Of a stretch of 26,798 nt of DNA, positions 7,672 through 16,427 are shown one piece after another. The notes below the pieces were generated by a model, which searched no databases, was not told the DNA's origin, and saw nothing but the letters and a program-made list of their open reading frames with translations. Positions within the stretch are counted from its first letter, which is position 1. Each line of letters begins with the position of its first letter. The DNA is from Flavobacteriales bacterium (GTDB taxonomy: Bacteria; Bacteroidota; Bacteroidia; Flavobacteriales; Flavobacteriaceae): contig JALVDN010000241.1 of NCBI GenBank assembly GCA_027008965.1, positions 1 through 26,798 of the forward strand, in the 5' to 3' direction. The translations under genes were made by a program, and so were the position numbers.

Positions 7672-8871
7672 ATGGAAAAGCAATTTGTATTTTCAAAAAA
7701 ATTGAAAACCATAAGTTTGGTTTTAATCATAATAGGAGTTCTTGCAACCATAGGCGCTTTTCTAACCGATAAAGAACGCGCTTGGTCATCCTTATTGTTA
7801 CATAATTATTATTTTCTTAGCTTGGCACTGGGGGCCGCCTTTTGGATGGCTATTCAATACATCACCGAAGCAGGCTGGTCTGCGGCATTCAAGCGAGTAC
7901 CTGAAAGCATGACATCTTATGTGTTATATGGATTTGTATTCATGTTGATCATAGGAACATTAGGGTTAAAAGTTTTATATGCTTGGGCTGATCCCGCTTC
8001 TCATTATGATGCGTTTGAATTGAAATTTTTGTCACATCATTTGCATGTAAAATCACCTTATTTAAATGCAGGCTTTTTCTTGGTCAGATTGGTGGCCTAT
8101 TTTATTGCTTGGTATTTAGTGATTAACTTGCTTTTGAAATTCTCAAAAAAAGAAGATGAAGATAAGGAAAATGCCATGCATTGGTTTAGAAAAAGCTGGT
8201 ATTATAGCAGAGTATATATTTTCACTTTTGCTTTGACTTTCATTTTTGCTTCCATAGACTGGATGATGACCCTGGCGCCTATGTGGTACAGCACCATTTT
8301 CCCTGTGAAAGAAATCATTTCCGCTTTTATCCATTCTGCGGCAGTGATTATATTAATCATAATCTATTTATATCGTCAAGGTTATTATCCCTTTATGAAT
8401 CCTTCTCACTGGCATGATTTATCCAAATATATTTTTATGGGGGCTATCTTATTCGGATATGCATGGTATTTCCAATATATGCTGATTTGGTATGGAAATA
8501 TTCCCGAAGAAACCGAATATTACTATATCAGAAGATTTGAGTTTTCGGAGCCTTTGTTCGTGTTGGTAATTGTATTGACCTTTGCTTTGCCGTTTCTTCT
8601 CACCCTTTGGAACAGGATGGCTAAAAATTATAAAGTGCTTGCTGTTGCCGCCATCATAGCCCTCACCGGAAAATACATTGAACATTATTTGATGATTTAT
8701 CCCGAAACCATAGAACATCCTGTTTATGGTTGGATAGAATTAGGAATGTTATTGGGTTTTATAGGATTGTTTATGTTTGCCACTTTCACGGCTATGGCCA
8801 AACGCAAATATCTCTTACCGGTGAATCATCCTTATTTGGAAGAAAGTTTGGTTCATCATATTCCTCATTAA
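7672..8871 (+). CDS. actF: ACIII subunit ActF, membrane protein
   Basis: AIQYITEAGWS, YLNAGFFLVR, SIDWMMTLAPMWYSTIF and YFQYMLIWYGNIPEET motifs; last gene of the cluster. Confidence 0.9.
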   Translation: MEKQFVFSKKLKTISLVLIIIGVLATIGAFLTDKERAWSSLLLHNYYFLSLALGAAFWMAIQYITEAGWSAAFKRVPESMTSYVLYGFVFMLIIGTLGLKVLYAWADPASHYDAFELKFLSHHLHVKSPYLNAGFFLVRLVAYFIAWYLVINLLLKFSKKEDEDKENAMHWFRKSWYYSRVYIFTFALTFIFASIDWMMTLAPMWYSTIFPVKEIISAFIHSAAVIILIIIYLYRQGYYPFMNPSHWHDLSKYIFMGAILFGYAWYFQYMLIWYGNIPEETEYYYIRRFEFSEPLFVLVIVLTFALPFLLTLWNRMAKNYKVLAVAAIIALTGKYIEHYLMIYPETIEHPVYGWIELGMLLGFIGLFMFATFTAMAKRKYLLPVNHPYLEESLVHHIPH

Positions 8872-8897
8872 AATATAGGTAGTATACTGAACACAAT

Positions 8898-8922
8898 ACG
8901 GGGGCTATGGCTCCCGTTTTTT
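8898..8922 (+). terminator. Intrinsic terminator of the act operon
   Basis: ACGGGGGC-TATG-GCTCCCGT stem (8 bp including one G.U) followed by a T run. Confidence 0.75.
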
Positions 8923-8925
8923 ATA

Positions 8926-8933
8926 TATATTTG
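8926..8933 (+). promoter_or_regulatory. -7 element for the SPOR gene
   Basis: TATATTTG, ending 5 nt before ATG 8939. Confidence 0.55.
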
Positions 8934-8938
8934 CAATT

Positions 8939-9307
8939 ATGAAACGTCAATTTTTAGTATTATTTCTTTTTGGGTTTTTCATGCTGCAAGCCCAAAGCCC
9001 GGTTAAAAATGTAAAAACCGACGCGAATCAATTAGTGGAGAAAAAATCGGAATGTTTGAAAAAACATTATACGGATTTTTTGTATTACATTCAAATTTAT
9101 AACGGCAAAGACTTGAATAAAGCCAAAGCCATTTTAAGAGAATATCTAAAATTGTACCCTTCCTCAACGGCATTTGTAAAATGGGAAAATCCCGAATATA
9201 AAGTTTGGACAGGAGAATATATGACTAAAATTGAAGTGGAACAAGCCATGCGTGAAATAAGAAGGAACTTCCCCAATGCTTTGATTGTTTTTCCAAAACG
9301 GAGGTAA
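8939..9307 (+). CDS. Exported SPOR-domain (peptidoglycan-binding) protein
   Basis: Signal peptide (FLVLFLFGFFMLQA). C-terminal YYIQIYNG...PEYKVWTGEY...FPNALIV fits the Bacteroidota SPOR pattern. Confidence 0.8.
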   Translation: MKRQFLVLFLFGFFMLQAQSPVKNVKTDANQLVEKKSECLKKHYTDFLYYIQIYNGKDLNKAKAILREYLKLYPSSTAFVKWENPEYKVWTGEYMTKIEVEQAMREIRRNFPNALIVFPKRR

Positions 9308-9315
9308 AGTCAGGT

Positions 9316-10569
9316 TCAATATTCTTCTCTTCGTCTGGCATCCAATGCAAGGAAGAGGAGCAGGAATAAAGTGAAACTCAAAAGCGAAGATCCGCCGTAA
9401 CTTACAAATATAATAGGAATACCAATAGTTGGAAACCAACCCGTAATCATCAATAAATTGATGAAAAGATGAACGGCTAAAAAAGAAGCCAATGCATAGC
9501 CCGTAACCCGCGAAAATATTGTTTTTTGTCTTTCTGCCAAGTAATATATTCGCCATATCAATAAAAAATATAAAGCCAGAAAACCTAAAGAACCCCACCA
9601 TCCGAATTGTTCAGCCAAAGCCGTGAAAATATAATCGGTATGTTGTTCGGGAACATAGTGTCCTCTCATTTGTGAGCCTTGAAGCCAGCCTTTACCTGTC
9701 CATTTACCATTACTAATAGCAATAAGTGATTGTTTCAAATGATAACCCACTCCTTTATCATCCTTAATTTTACCAATCATCAACTCAATTCTCTTTTGCT
9801 GATGGGGAAGAAGCAAATGATTAAAAACAAAAGAAGTAAAAAGTGAAAATAGAACGGATGTAACTAAAAATATCAGTGTAAGGAAAATAAATATCCATTT
9901 TTGTTTTCTAATCTTAAAAAAAATGTACAAGATTATTATAAAAGTAAATGATAAATAAGCTAAAGCGGTGTTTTTAAAACCTACATAAATCGTTATGATG
10001 AAAGTGGCGATTATCCAAAATAAAACCAATAAAAGACTTGTCTTTAGACCTTCTCTGTATAGAACCGGTAACAAAGCGATAAAAGTGATGACGGTTCCTA
10101 CATCAGGTTGTAATAAAATAAGAAGCAGGGGAGTACCTATCAAAAAAACCGTTTTAATAATATCTTTTAAGTTTTTTAAACTGAAATTGTATTCACTTAG
10201 AAGTTTGGCCAGCCCGAGAGTTGTAGTAAGTTTAACAAGTTCGGAAGGTTGAAAACTCATTCCGCCTATTCGATACCATGACAGTGATCCGGAAATTTTT
10301 TCTCCGAAAACAAAAAGCCCCGCAAGTAGTAGAATTCCAATCAGATAAAATAATGAACTCCAGTTTTTGATGATTCTTGTAGGAATAAAGAAAAGAGAAA
10401 AACCTATTAGTATGCTGATAATAAGCCATGCTGATTGTTTGAAAGCAAATTGCGTGGAAGAATGAAAATCAACAGAATAGATCATGCCGATACCTATAGC
10501 CGATACACTAAGGAACAAAATGAAAGTTAACCAATCAAAAGCAGTTATATTTCTAATTTTTTGTTCCAT
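9316..10569 (-). CDS. rodA: Rod shape-determining protein RodA (SEDS glycosyltransferase)
   Basis: SFQPSELVK, LQPDVGT, GYHLKQSLIAISNG, PEQHTDYIF and SYGGSS motifs; lies downstream of mrdA. Confidence 0.95.
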   Translation of the reverse strand: MEQKIRNITAFDWLTFILFLSVSAIGIGMIYSVDFHSSTQFAFKQSAWLIISILIGFSLFFIPTRIIKNWSSLFYLIGILLLAGLFVFGEKISGSLSWYRIGGMSFQPSELVKLTTTLGLAKLLSEYNFSLKNLKDIIKTVFLIGTPLLLILLQPDVGTVITFIALLPVLYREGLKTSLLLVLFWIIATFIITIYVGFKNTALAYLSFTFIIILYIFFKIRKQKWIFIFLTLIFLVTSVLFSLFTSFVFNHLLLPHQQKRIELMIGKIKDDKGVGYHLKQSLIAISNGKWTGKGWLQGSQMRGHYVPEQHTDYIFTALAEQFGWWGSLGFLALYFLLIWRIYYLAERQKTIFSRVTGYALASFLAVHLFINLLMITGWFPTIGIPIIFVSYGGSSLLSFTLFLLLFLALDARRREEY

Positions 10570-12406
10570 GTTGTTTTTTCATTTCATAAATCGGATAAAG
10601 GTCGGTATTGATGACCTTATTATAAAGATCGGGGCGAGAAATGGTGTCATTCAAATATTTATCAATGATCAGACTTGCAATGGGGGCGGCCAATGAGGCG
10701 CCATATCCACCATTTTCAATAAATACCGAAACTACAATCTCCGGATTTTCCACCGGAGCAAAGGCGATAAAAATGGAATGATCGGGGAGTTGGATTTTCT
10801 TGCCGTCAAGACGGATAAAATTTTCTGCCGTTCCGGTTTTACCGGCCATGGTTAAATTACGGATTTGGGAGTATCGGGCTGTTCCAGATGTATATACTTT
10901 GGCCATTCCTTTTATCACTCGCTCAAAATTTTCAATTTTAAAACCGGTTTTTTTAGGTTCCAAAAATCTTTTTTCTATTTGGTTGTTTTCAATTTCTTTT
11001 ACAAAATGCGGTGTATAATAGGTTCCTCTATTGGCAAAAACAGCCGTCATATTGGCCAACTGAATGGGTGTGACCAAAATTTGTCCCTGCCCGATTCCGT
11101 TTGAAATGGTATATGAAGTTTTCCAACGGTTATTTCCGAAATATTTATTGTAGAACGAACTGTCAGGAACCAATCCTTTTTTCCCGATAGGAAGATCATA
11201 ATGCAAATAATCTCCAAGGCCGAATTTTTTGACCATGTCTGCCCATTTTTGGATGCCTTCACGAGGATTTTCTTCACGGTTTATCATATCCATATAAGCA
11301 TTTGCAAAAAATGTATTACAGGAATAGGGGATAGCATAATCCAAATATACGCTTCCGTTTGCTCCGCAGTGACAACGCATAAATCTATTGCCGTATTTAA
11401 AACCATGTTGACAAACATAGGAAGTATAAGGTTTAATGGATTTCATTTCCAAACCTACCATGGCATTGATGATTTTAAAAGGCGAGCCCGGCGGATAAGT
11501 TCCCAATAAAGCTCTATTGTATAAAGGTTTATGAATGCTGTCTTTTAAAAGTCTGGAAAAATGTTTTCTTCCGTCTTTTCCGCTCAACATACCCGGGTCA
11601 TATTCGGGTGCGGAAACCATGGCCAATACTTCACCGTTTTTTGGATTGATAACAACTACTGCTCCATGTTTTCCGGACATCAAACTATCAATAAAAGATT
11701 GAAGTTTAATGTCAATAGTTAGATGCAAGTCTTTACCTTTCTCGGGTAAAGTGTCCCATTTTCCATGAAGATATGGGGTGGTTTTACGATTGAATTTATC
11801 CCTGTAATAATAACGCACACCTTTTTTGCCCCGCAAAATTTTTTCATAATACCTTTCAATTCCGGCCATCCCTTTTACATCACCCGGTTCATAATATTCA
11901 TCTTTTTCCAAATCATAGGTTCGGACACTTCTCAAATAACCCAAAATATGAGCTGCGTGTTTGGTGTGATATTTTCTGATATGATGTATTTTGATACCGA
12001 ATCCGGGGAATTTATAAAGAATCTCTTTAAAACGTATAATATCTTCTTTCAACAAATTTCCGGTAAAAACAGATGGCTTTTGAAATGAGTATCTCTTGGC
12101 TTTATTGATTTTGTCTTCAATATCTTTTTTATTCAAATGAAGAATTTCAGCTAATAATAACGTGTCAAAAGGTTTTATGAGTGAAGGAGTCACATAAACA
12201 GTATAAGTGGGTTGATTGGAAACCAATAAAATACCGTTCCGGTCATAAATATTACCTCTCTTGGCGGGAATTTTTTCTTTGATGATGGCATTTATCTCAG
12301 CCAGTTTATGATAGGGGTTGGGAAACCATTGAAGCATGGCTAATCTTATTAAAACCAACATCAAAACAAGAAACCAAAAACCGGTTACAACCCAAAACTT
12401 TTTCAT
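10553..12406 (-). CDS. mrdA: Penicillin-binding protein 2
   Basis: RGNIYDRNG, SxxK (SPFK), SxN (SCN) and KTGT motifs; mre operon context. Confidence 0.95.
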   Translation of the reverse strand: MKKFWVVTGFWFLVLMLVLIRLAMLQWFPNPYHKLAEINAIIKEKIPAKRGNIYDRNGILLVSNQPTYTVYVTPSLIKPFDTLLLAEILHLNKKDIEDKINKAKRYSFQKPSVFTGNLLKEDIIRFKEILYKFPGFGIKIHHIRKYHTKHAAHILGYLRSVRTYDLEKDEYYEPGDVKGMAGIERYYEKILRGKKGVRYYYRDKFNRKTTPYLHGKWDTLPEKGKDLHLTIDIKLQSFIDSLMSGKHGAVVVINPKNGEVLAMVSAPEYDPGMLSGKDGRKHFSRLLKDSIHKPLYNRALLGTYPPGSPFKIINAMVGLEMKSIKPYTSYVCQHGFKYGNRFMRCHCGANGSVYLDYAIPYSCNTFFANAYMDMINREENPREGIQKWADMVKKFGLGDYLHYDLPIGKKGLVPDSSFYNKYFGNNRWKTSYTISNGIGQGQILVTPIQLANMTAVFANRGTYYTPHFVKEIENNQIEKRFLEPKKTGFKIENFERVIKGMAKVYTSGTARYSQIRNLTMAGKTGTAENFIRLDGKKIQLPDHSIFIAFAPVENPEIVVSVFIENGGYGASLAAPIASLIIDKYLNDTISRPDLYNKVINTDLYPIYEMKKQHGTKN

Positions 12407-12417
12407 TAGTTATTTTC

Positions 12418-12915
12418 CTATTCAAGCTTTTTTATAAACAACACGGTATAAATGATGGTAAAAATATAGCTAATTAATGTATGTAAAACAATATCTCTTA
12501 GGGAGGAAAAAGTAAGAAAAAAACTGAAATTGTTAAAGAAGTAAATTAAAAAATGACCCAATAATGTCCATGCTAGTATAGTAGTCAATAATTTGTTTAG
12601 AGGGAGGTGAATAATTTCGGTTTTTTTTAGACTTAAACTTCTTTGAGTGAGTTTCAAATAGATAATGCGTAAATAAGCAAGCGTTATCAAAGTGGCGCTA
12701 AAAACCCCGCCTGTGAAAAAAAACATATCTGTAATGAAACCGATTAAAAATAAAATGATTATGTAAATGGGAGAGAGTAGGTTATCAGTATAAAATAAAA
12801 AAGGAATGAAGATGATGTAAGGTGTGTAAGGAAAAACATATCCCAGATTTTTAAAAATAAAAATTTGCAGGAAAAGCGGAATGATAAAAACCCATATGTA
12901 ATTACTGCGTTGCAT
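12418..12915 (-). CDS. mreD: Rod shape-determining protein MreD
   Basis: Hydrophobic 165-aa protein with GFITDMFFFTGG, located between mreC and mrdA. Confidence 0.8.
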   Translation of the reverse strand: MQRSNYIWVFIIPLFLQIFIFKNLGYVFPYTPYIIFIPFLFYTDNLLSPIYIIILFLIGFITDMFFFTGGVFSATLITLAYLRIIYLKLTQRSLSLKKTEIIHLPLNKLLTTILAWTLLGHFLIYFFNNFSFFLTFSSLRDIVLHTLISYIFTIIYTVLFIKKLE

Positions 12916-13687
12916 GAGTGATTGAATCCAATTCTTTTTTTAGAGGATGAACAGAAATAAAAATATTGTATGTTTTTTCAGGCTGAAGAAAAGGCTCAAT
13001 AACAATTTTCTTTTCATCATTTTCAAAAAATACTTTTTGAACGCGACCTACGGGGATATCTCTAGGAAAAAACAATGAGTTCCCGGCAGTAATAATCGTA
13101 TCTCCCGGATGGAGGTTTATTTTTTCCGGAAAATCAGTGATCAACAAACGTTTATTAGCTTCATCCCAAAAGGTGAATCCCGTATAGGGTTGATCGGCCG
13201 GTTTGACAAAAACTGAAATATTTTCATTTCTGAGGGTCATAATTTTTGCAAAATGAGGTGAGGTTTGAATAACGATTCCCATGATTCCTTTGGGCGTAAA
13301 TGCGCCTGCATCTTTCACTATCCCATCATCCGTTCCTTTATCAATGATGACAAAATCCTTGCCTGCATCATGAAAATGTGAAATAATGTGCGCAGGTGTT
13401 AATTGAAATGAAGAGGAAAGGGGAGATATGAAAGAAGGACGAAGCAATCTTTTTTGCAATAATAAATTTTCATGCAACAATTCTTCATTTCTGCTTTGTA
13501 ACGAAAAATAAGAACCGATTCCCGAAAAAAATTTATTCAGTTGGCCCGAAACCGCAGATTGAAACACAAAAAATTTATATGAAGAACCGCTGTCTGTAAG
13601 CCGGATAAGTGTCATACTGACACTCAATAAAAACACATACGTAACTAACAAAATTCTTTTTTCAAAAAAATGAATGAGTTTTTGCAT
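12902..13687 (-). CDS. mreC: Rod shape-determining protein MreC
   Basis: N-terminal TM helix, coiled coil (NEELLHENLLLQ), IIDKGTDDGI, GIMGIV and GDTIITAGNSLFFPRDIPVG motifs. Confidence 0.92.
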   Translation of the reverse strand: MQKLIHFFEKRILLVTYVFLLSVSMTLIRLTDSGSSYKFFVFQSAVSGQLNKFFSGIGSYFSLQSRNEELLHENLLLQKRLLRPSFISPLSSSFQLTPAHIISHFHDAGKDFVIIDKGTDDGIVKDAGAFTPKGIMGIVIQTSPHFAKIMTLRNENISVFVKPADQPYTGFTFWDEANKRLLITDFPEKINLHPGDTIITAGNSLFFPRDIPVGRVQKVFFENDEKKIVIEPFLQPEKTYNIFISVHPLKKELDSITHATQ

Positions 13688-13695
13688 CTAAAAAT

Positions 13696-14724
13696 TTACT
13701 GGTCAAGAGCCACTTTTAGTTTTTCAAAGTTATTGATCACCATTCCTGTTCCGCGTATAACGGCCCTTAAAGGATCTTCCGCTACATGCACCGGAAGTCC
13801 GGTGGCTTCACTAATACGCTTGTCTAATCCTCGAAGCAAAGATCCTCCGCCTGCTAAAAACAAACCGCCTTTGTAAATATCAGCCGATAGTTCGGGGGCG
13901 GTTTTGGAGAGTGTTTCCATAATGGCACTTTCTATTCTGACTAATGATTTATCAAGTGCTTTGGCTATTTCATTGTAGGAAACAATAACTTCTTTGGGTT
14001 TTCCGGTGATAACATCGCGTCCTCTGACCGGATAATCTTCAGGAGGATTGGAGAGTTCATCCACGGCTGAACCCACATTGATTTTAATTTTCTCAGCTGT
14101 TCTTTCGCCTACAATCAGATTGTGCTTGGCACGCATGTAATAGGCAATATCATCATTGAATACATCCCCCGCAATTTTGACTGATTTTTCCACATGGATA
14201 CCTCCTAATGATATCACGGCAATTTCCGTAGTACCTCCTCCTATATCAATCACCATGTTTCCTTGTGGTTTGGTGATGTCTATGCCCATTCCTATGGCGG
14301 CAGCCATGGGTTCGGGAATCAAATATACTTCACTTGCATTCACCTTTTCGGCCGAATCTCTTACGGCACGTTTTTCCACTTCGGTGATACCTGAAGGGAT
14401 ACATATAACCATTTTGAGTTTGGGTGTGAAAAAACTTTTTTTCAATGCAGGAATTTGCCGGATAAATTCTTGAATCATTTGTTCGGAGGCTTCAAAATCG
14501 GCAATCACACCGTCTTTTAAAGGGCGGATAATGCTGATTCCTTTGTGTTCTTTGCCTTGCATCATAGCCGCCTCTTTTCCGACAGCAATGATTTTTCCGG
14601 TCTTCAAATCTTTTGCCACGATGGAAGGACTGTCCACCACTATTTCTCCTTCATACACGATGAGTGTGTTTGCTGTTCCCAAATCTATTGCCAGTTCCTT
14701 CGTGAAGAAATTGAAAAATCCCAT
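13696..14724 (-). CDS. mreB: Actin-like rod shape-determining protein MreB
   Basis: IDLGTANT, PLKDGVIADF, EPMAAAIG, VIDIGGGTTE and LAGGGSLLRGL motifs. Confidence 0.97.
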   Translation of the reverse strand: MGFFNFFTKELAIDLGTANTLIVYEGEIVVDSPSIVAKDLKTGKIIAVGKEAAMMQGKEHKGISIIRPLKDGVIADFEASEQMIQEFIRQIPALKKSFFTPKLKMVICIPSGITEVEKRAVRDSAEKVNASEVYLIPEPMAAAIGMGIDITKPQGNMVIDIGGGTTEIAVISLGGIHVEKSVKIAGDVFNDDIAYYMRAKHNLIVGERTAEKIKINVGSAVDELSNPPEDYPVRGRDVITGKPKEVIVSYNEIAKALDKSLVRIESAIMETLSKTAPELSADIYKGGLFLAGGGSLLRGLDKRISEATGLPVHVAEDPLRAVIRGTGMVINNFEKLKVALDQ

Positions 14725-14761
14725 GTTGAATTGTTTTTTATCCGGTTTTTATTTTAATTTC

Positions 14762-14769
14762 CAAAGTTA
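14762..14769 (-). promoter_or_regulatory. -7 element for the mre operon
   Basis: Reverse complement is TAACTTTG (TAnnTTTG), 37 nt upstream of the mreB start. Confidence 0.6.
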
Positions 14770-14810
14770 ATAAATTATACATTAATTATTTAATTACACC
14801 TTTTTTTAAT

Positions 14811-14967
14811 GCGCCGGCGGGCGAAGTGTTATCCTTTTGAAGGTCCGCCGGATTTTTTGGCCACGGTGAGGAGGCTCCGAGCGTAGACGAGGAGACCCCG
14901 CAGCCGTGACTTGCCAAAAACCGTGCGGGCCGAAAAAGATTTAAACGGAGCACGCCGAATGGTGCCC
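14811..14967 (+). repeat. Structured dispersed repeat or ncRNA-like element, copy C2
   Basis: GC-rich island in an AT-rich intergenic region. Shares terminal blocks with 792-946 and a 24-nt core with 331-564. Confidence 0.9.
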
Positions 14968-15039
14968 AAAAAATAATACAGAAAAAAGGTTTTTGGCTTC
15001 TTTTATTTTATTATTATTGTATAGAGAATTTTTTAGAAA

Positions 15040-16302
15040 ATGAAAAATACACCTGATGTTAGGGAGATTTTGAGTTTAGTTTTCCGGAATATGAAGTCTA
15101 ATTTGTTACGTACGTCTTTATCCTTGTTGGGTGTGAGTATTGGAATTTTTACGGTGATCAGCATTTTGACCGGAGTGGATTCGCTGCAGCATTATTTGAT
15201 GAATTCGCTGAGCAGGTTTGGTAATAACACATTGTTTGTTGACAGGTTTGACTACAACAAGATGGGAAGAATGGATATGGCCAAGATGCGGCGGATGAAA
15301 CCAACCTCTTATAAAGAATATCTTTTTTTGAAAAAGAAATTAAACCCTTCAGGAGTGGAGGCCATGGGTTACAGGATGGTTATGCCGTCTGTGACCGTAC
15401 GATATGGAAAAAACTCTACGAAAGTGAGAATTCACGGAGAAACCGGAAAAATTCCGGAAATTTTGCAGTTTGAACTGGAGAAAGGAAGGTTTTATACGCC
15501 GTATGAGCAGGAAACGGGGGCGGCGGTGGCCATTATCGGTAAGAATGTTGAAAAACTTCTTTTTGAGAATAAAAACGGGTTGAATAAAGAAATCAAGCTT
15601 TATGGGAAAAAGGTGAAAGTTATTGGCGTTTATAAAGATGAAGGGGGGGTTATCCGGATTAATCCCATGAGTAATGCCATTAGTGTTCCCTATTTATTTT
15701 TGAGAAATATTGTGCCTGAAAAACAGAATTTTGTTTTTACAAATATTGTCATCAAACCCGCTGACATGCAGGATGTGTCCCGTTTAAAAGAAGAAATTAC
15801 GCGCATTTTGCGTCAATATCGTAAGCTTAAGCCGGGGCAGGAAAATACTTTCTACGTGAACAATATCAGTTTTTTAAAGGAAATGGTGAATAAAAGTATC
15901 CGGAGTCTTTATTTGGCTGGATGGATACTGGGAGGTTTTTCCTTGTTGGTGGGCGCATTCGGAATAGCCAATATTATGTTTGTAAGCGTAAAAGAACGAA
16001 CCAAAGAGATAGGTATTGTCAAGGCTTTGGGTGCCAAAAAGAAGTGGATTTTGACAGAATTTATCTTTGAATCGGTATTATTGTCGCTTTTCGGAGGACT
16101 TTTGGGATTGTTATTGATTATGAGTGGGATTTTTGTTATTGATAAAACCGGTTTGATTCCGGGATTGGAGATAAGTTTAAGCATAAAAAATATATTGATA
16201 GGATTGATTGTGTCGGTTATGGTGGGAATCATTGCAGGGTATTGGCCGGCATACCGGGCGGCGCATTTGGATCCTATCAAAGCCATACGGAAGGGAGAAT
16301 AA
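15040..16302 (+). CDS. ABC transporter permease, MacB/FtsX family
   Basis: NLLRTSLSLLGVSIGI, GIANIMFVSVKERTKEIGIVKALGA and PAYRAAHLDPIKAIR motifs. Confidence 0.92.
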   Translation: MKNTPDVREILSLVFRNMKSNLLRTSLSLLGVSIGIFTVISILTGVDSLQHYLMNSLSRFGNNTLFVDRFDYNKMGRMDMAKMRRMKPTSYKEYLFLKKKLNPSGVEAMGYRMVMPSVTVRYGKNSTKVRIHGETGKIPEILQFELEKGRFYTPYEQETGAAVAIIGKNVEKLLFENKNGLNKEIKLYGKKVKVIGVYKDEGGVIRINPMSNAISVPYLFLRNIVPEKQNFVFTNIVIKPADMQDVSRLKEEITRILRQYRKLKPGQENTFYVNNISFLKEMVNKSIRSLYLAGWILGGFSLLVGAFGIANIMFVSVKERTKEIGIVKALGAKKKWILTEFIFESVLLSLFGGLLGLLLIMSGIFVIDKTGLIPGLEISLSIKNILIGLIVSVMVGIIAGYWPAYRAAHLDPIKAIRKGE

Positions 16303-16361
16303 AAAAACAACGTGTACTAAACCGGAAATTAATGCGTTTAACAAAAAGAAAAATGAATTCA

Positions 16362-16391
16362 TTTGCACAAAGGAAAAATATTATATATTTG
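16362..16391 (+). promoter_or_regulatory. Bacteroidota promoter for gldJ (-33 TTTG and -7 TATATTTG)
   Basis: TTTG at 16362-16365, an 18-nt spacer, then TATATTTG at 16384-16391. Confidence 0.7.
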
Positions 16392-16402
16392 CAATCAGGT
16401 AT

Positions 16403-16417
16403 ATTGAATAATTCAAT
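16403..16417. promoter_or_regulatory. 7-1-7 palindrome in the gldJ leader, possible operator
   Basis: ATTGAAT-A-ATTCAAT is a perfect inverted repeat lying between the -7 box and the ATG. Confidence 0.35.
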
Positions 16418-16427
16418 CATAAGTATT

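Noticed and set aside
14992-15019. Promoter for the ABC permease (TTTG...TATTATTG)
   Set aside because: The -7 box is mismatched and the 16-nt spacer is short; too weak to call.
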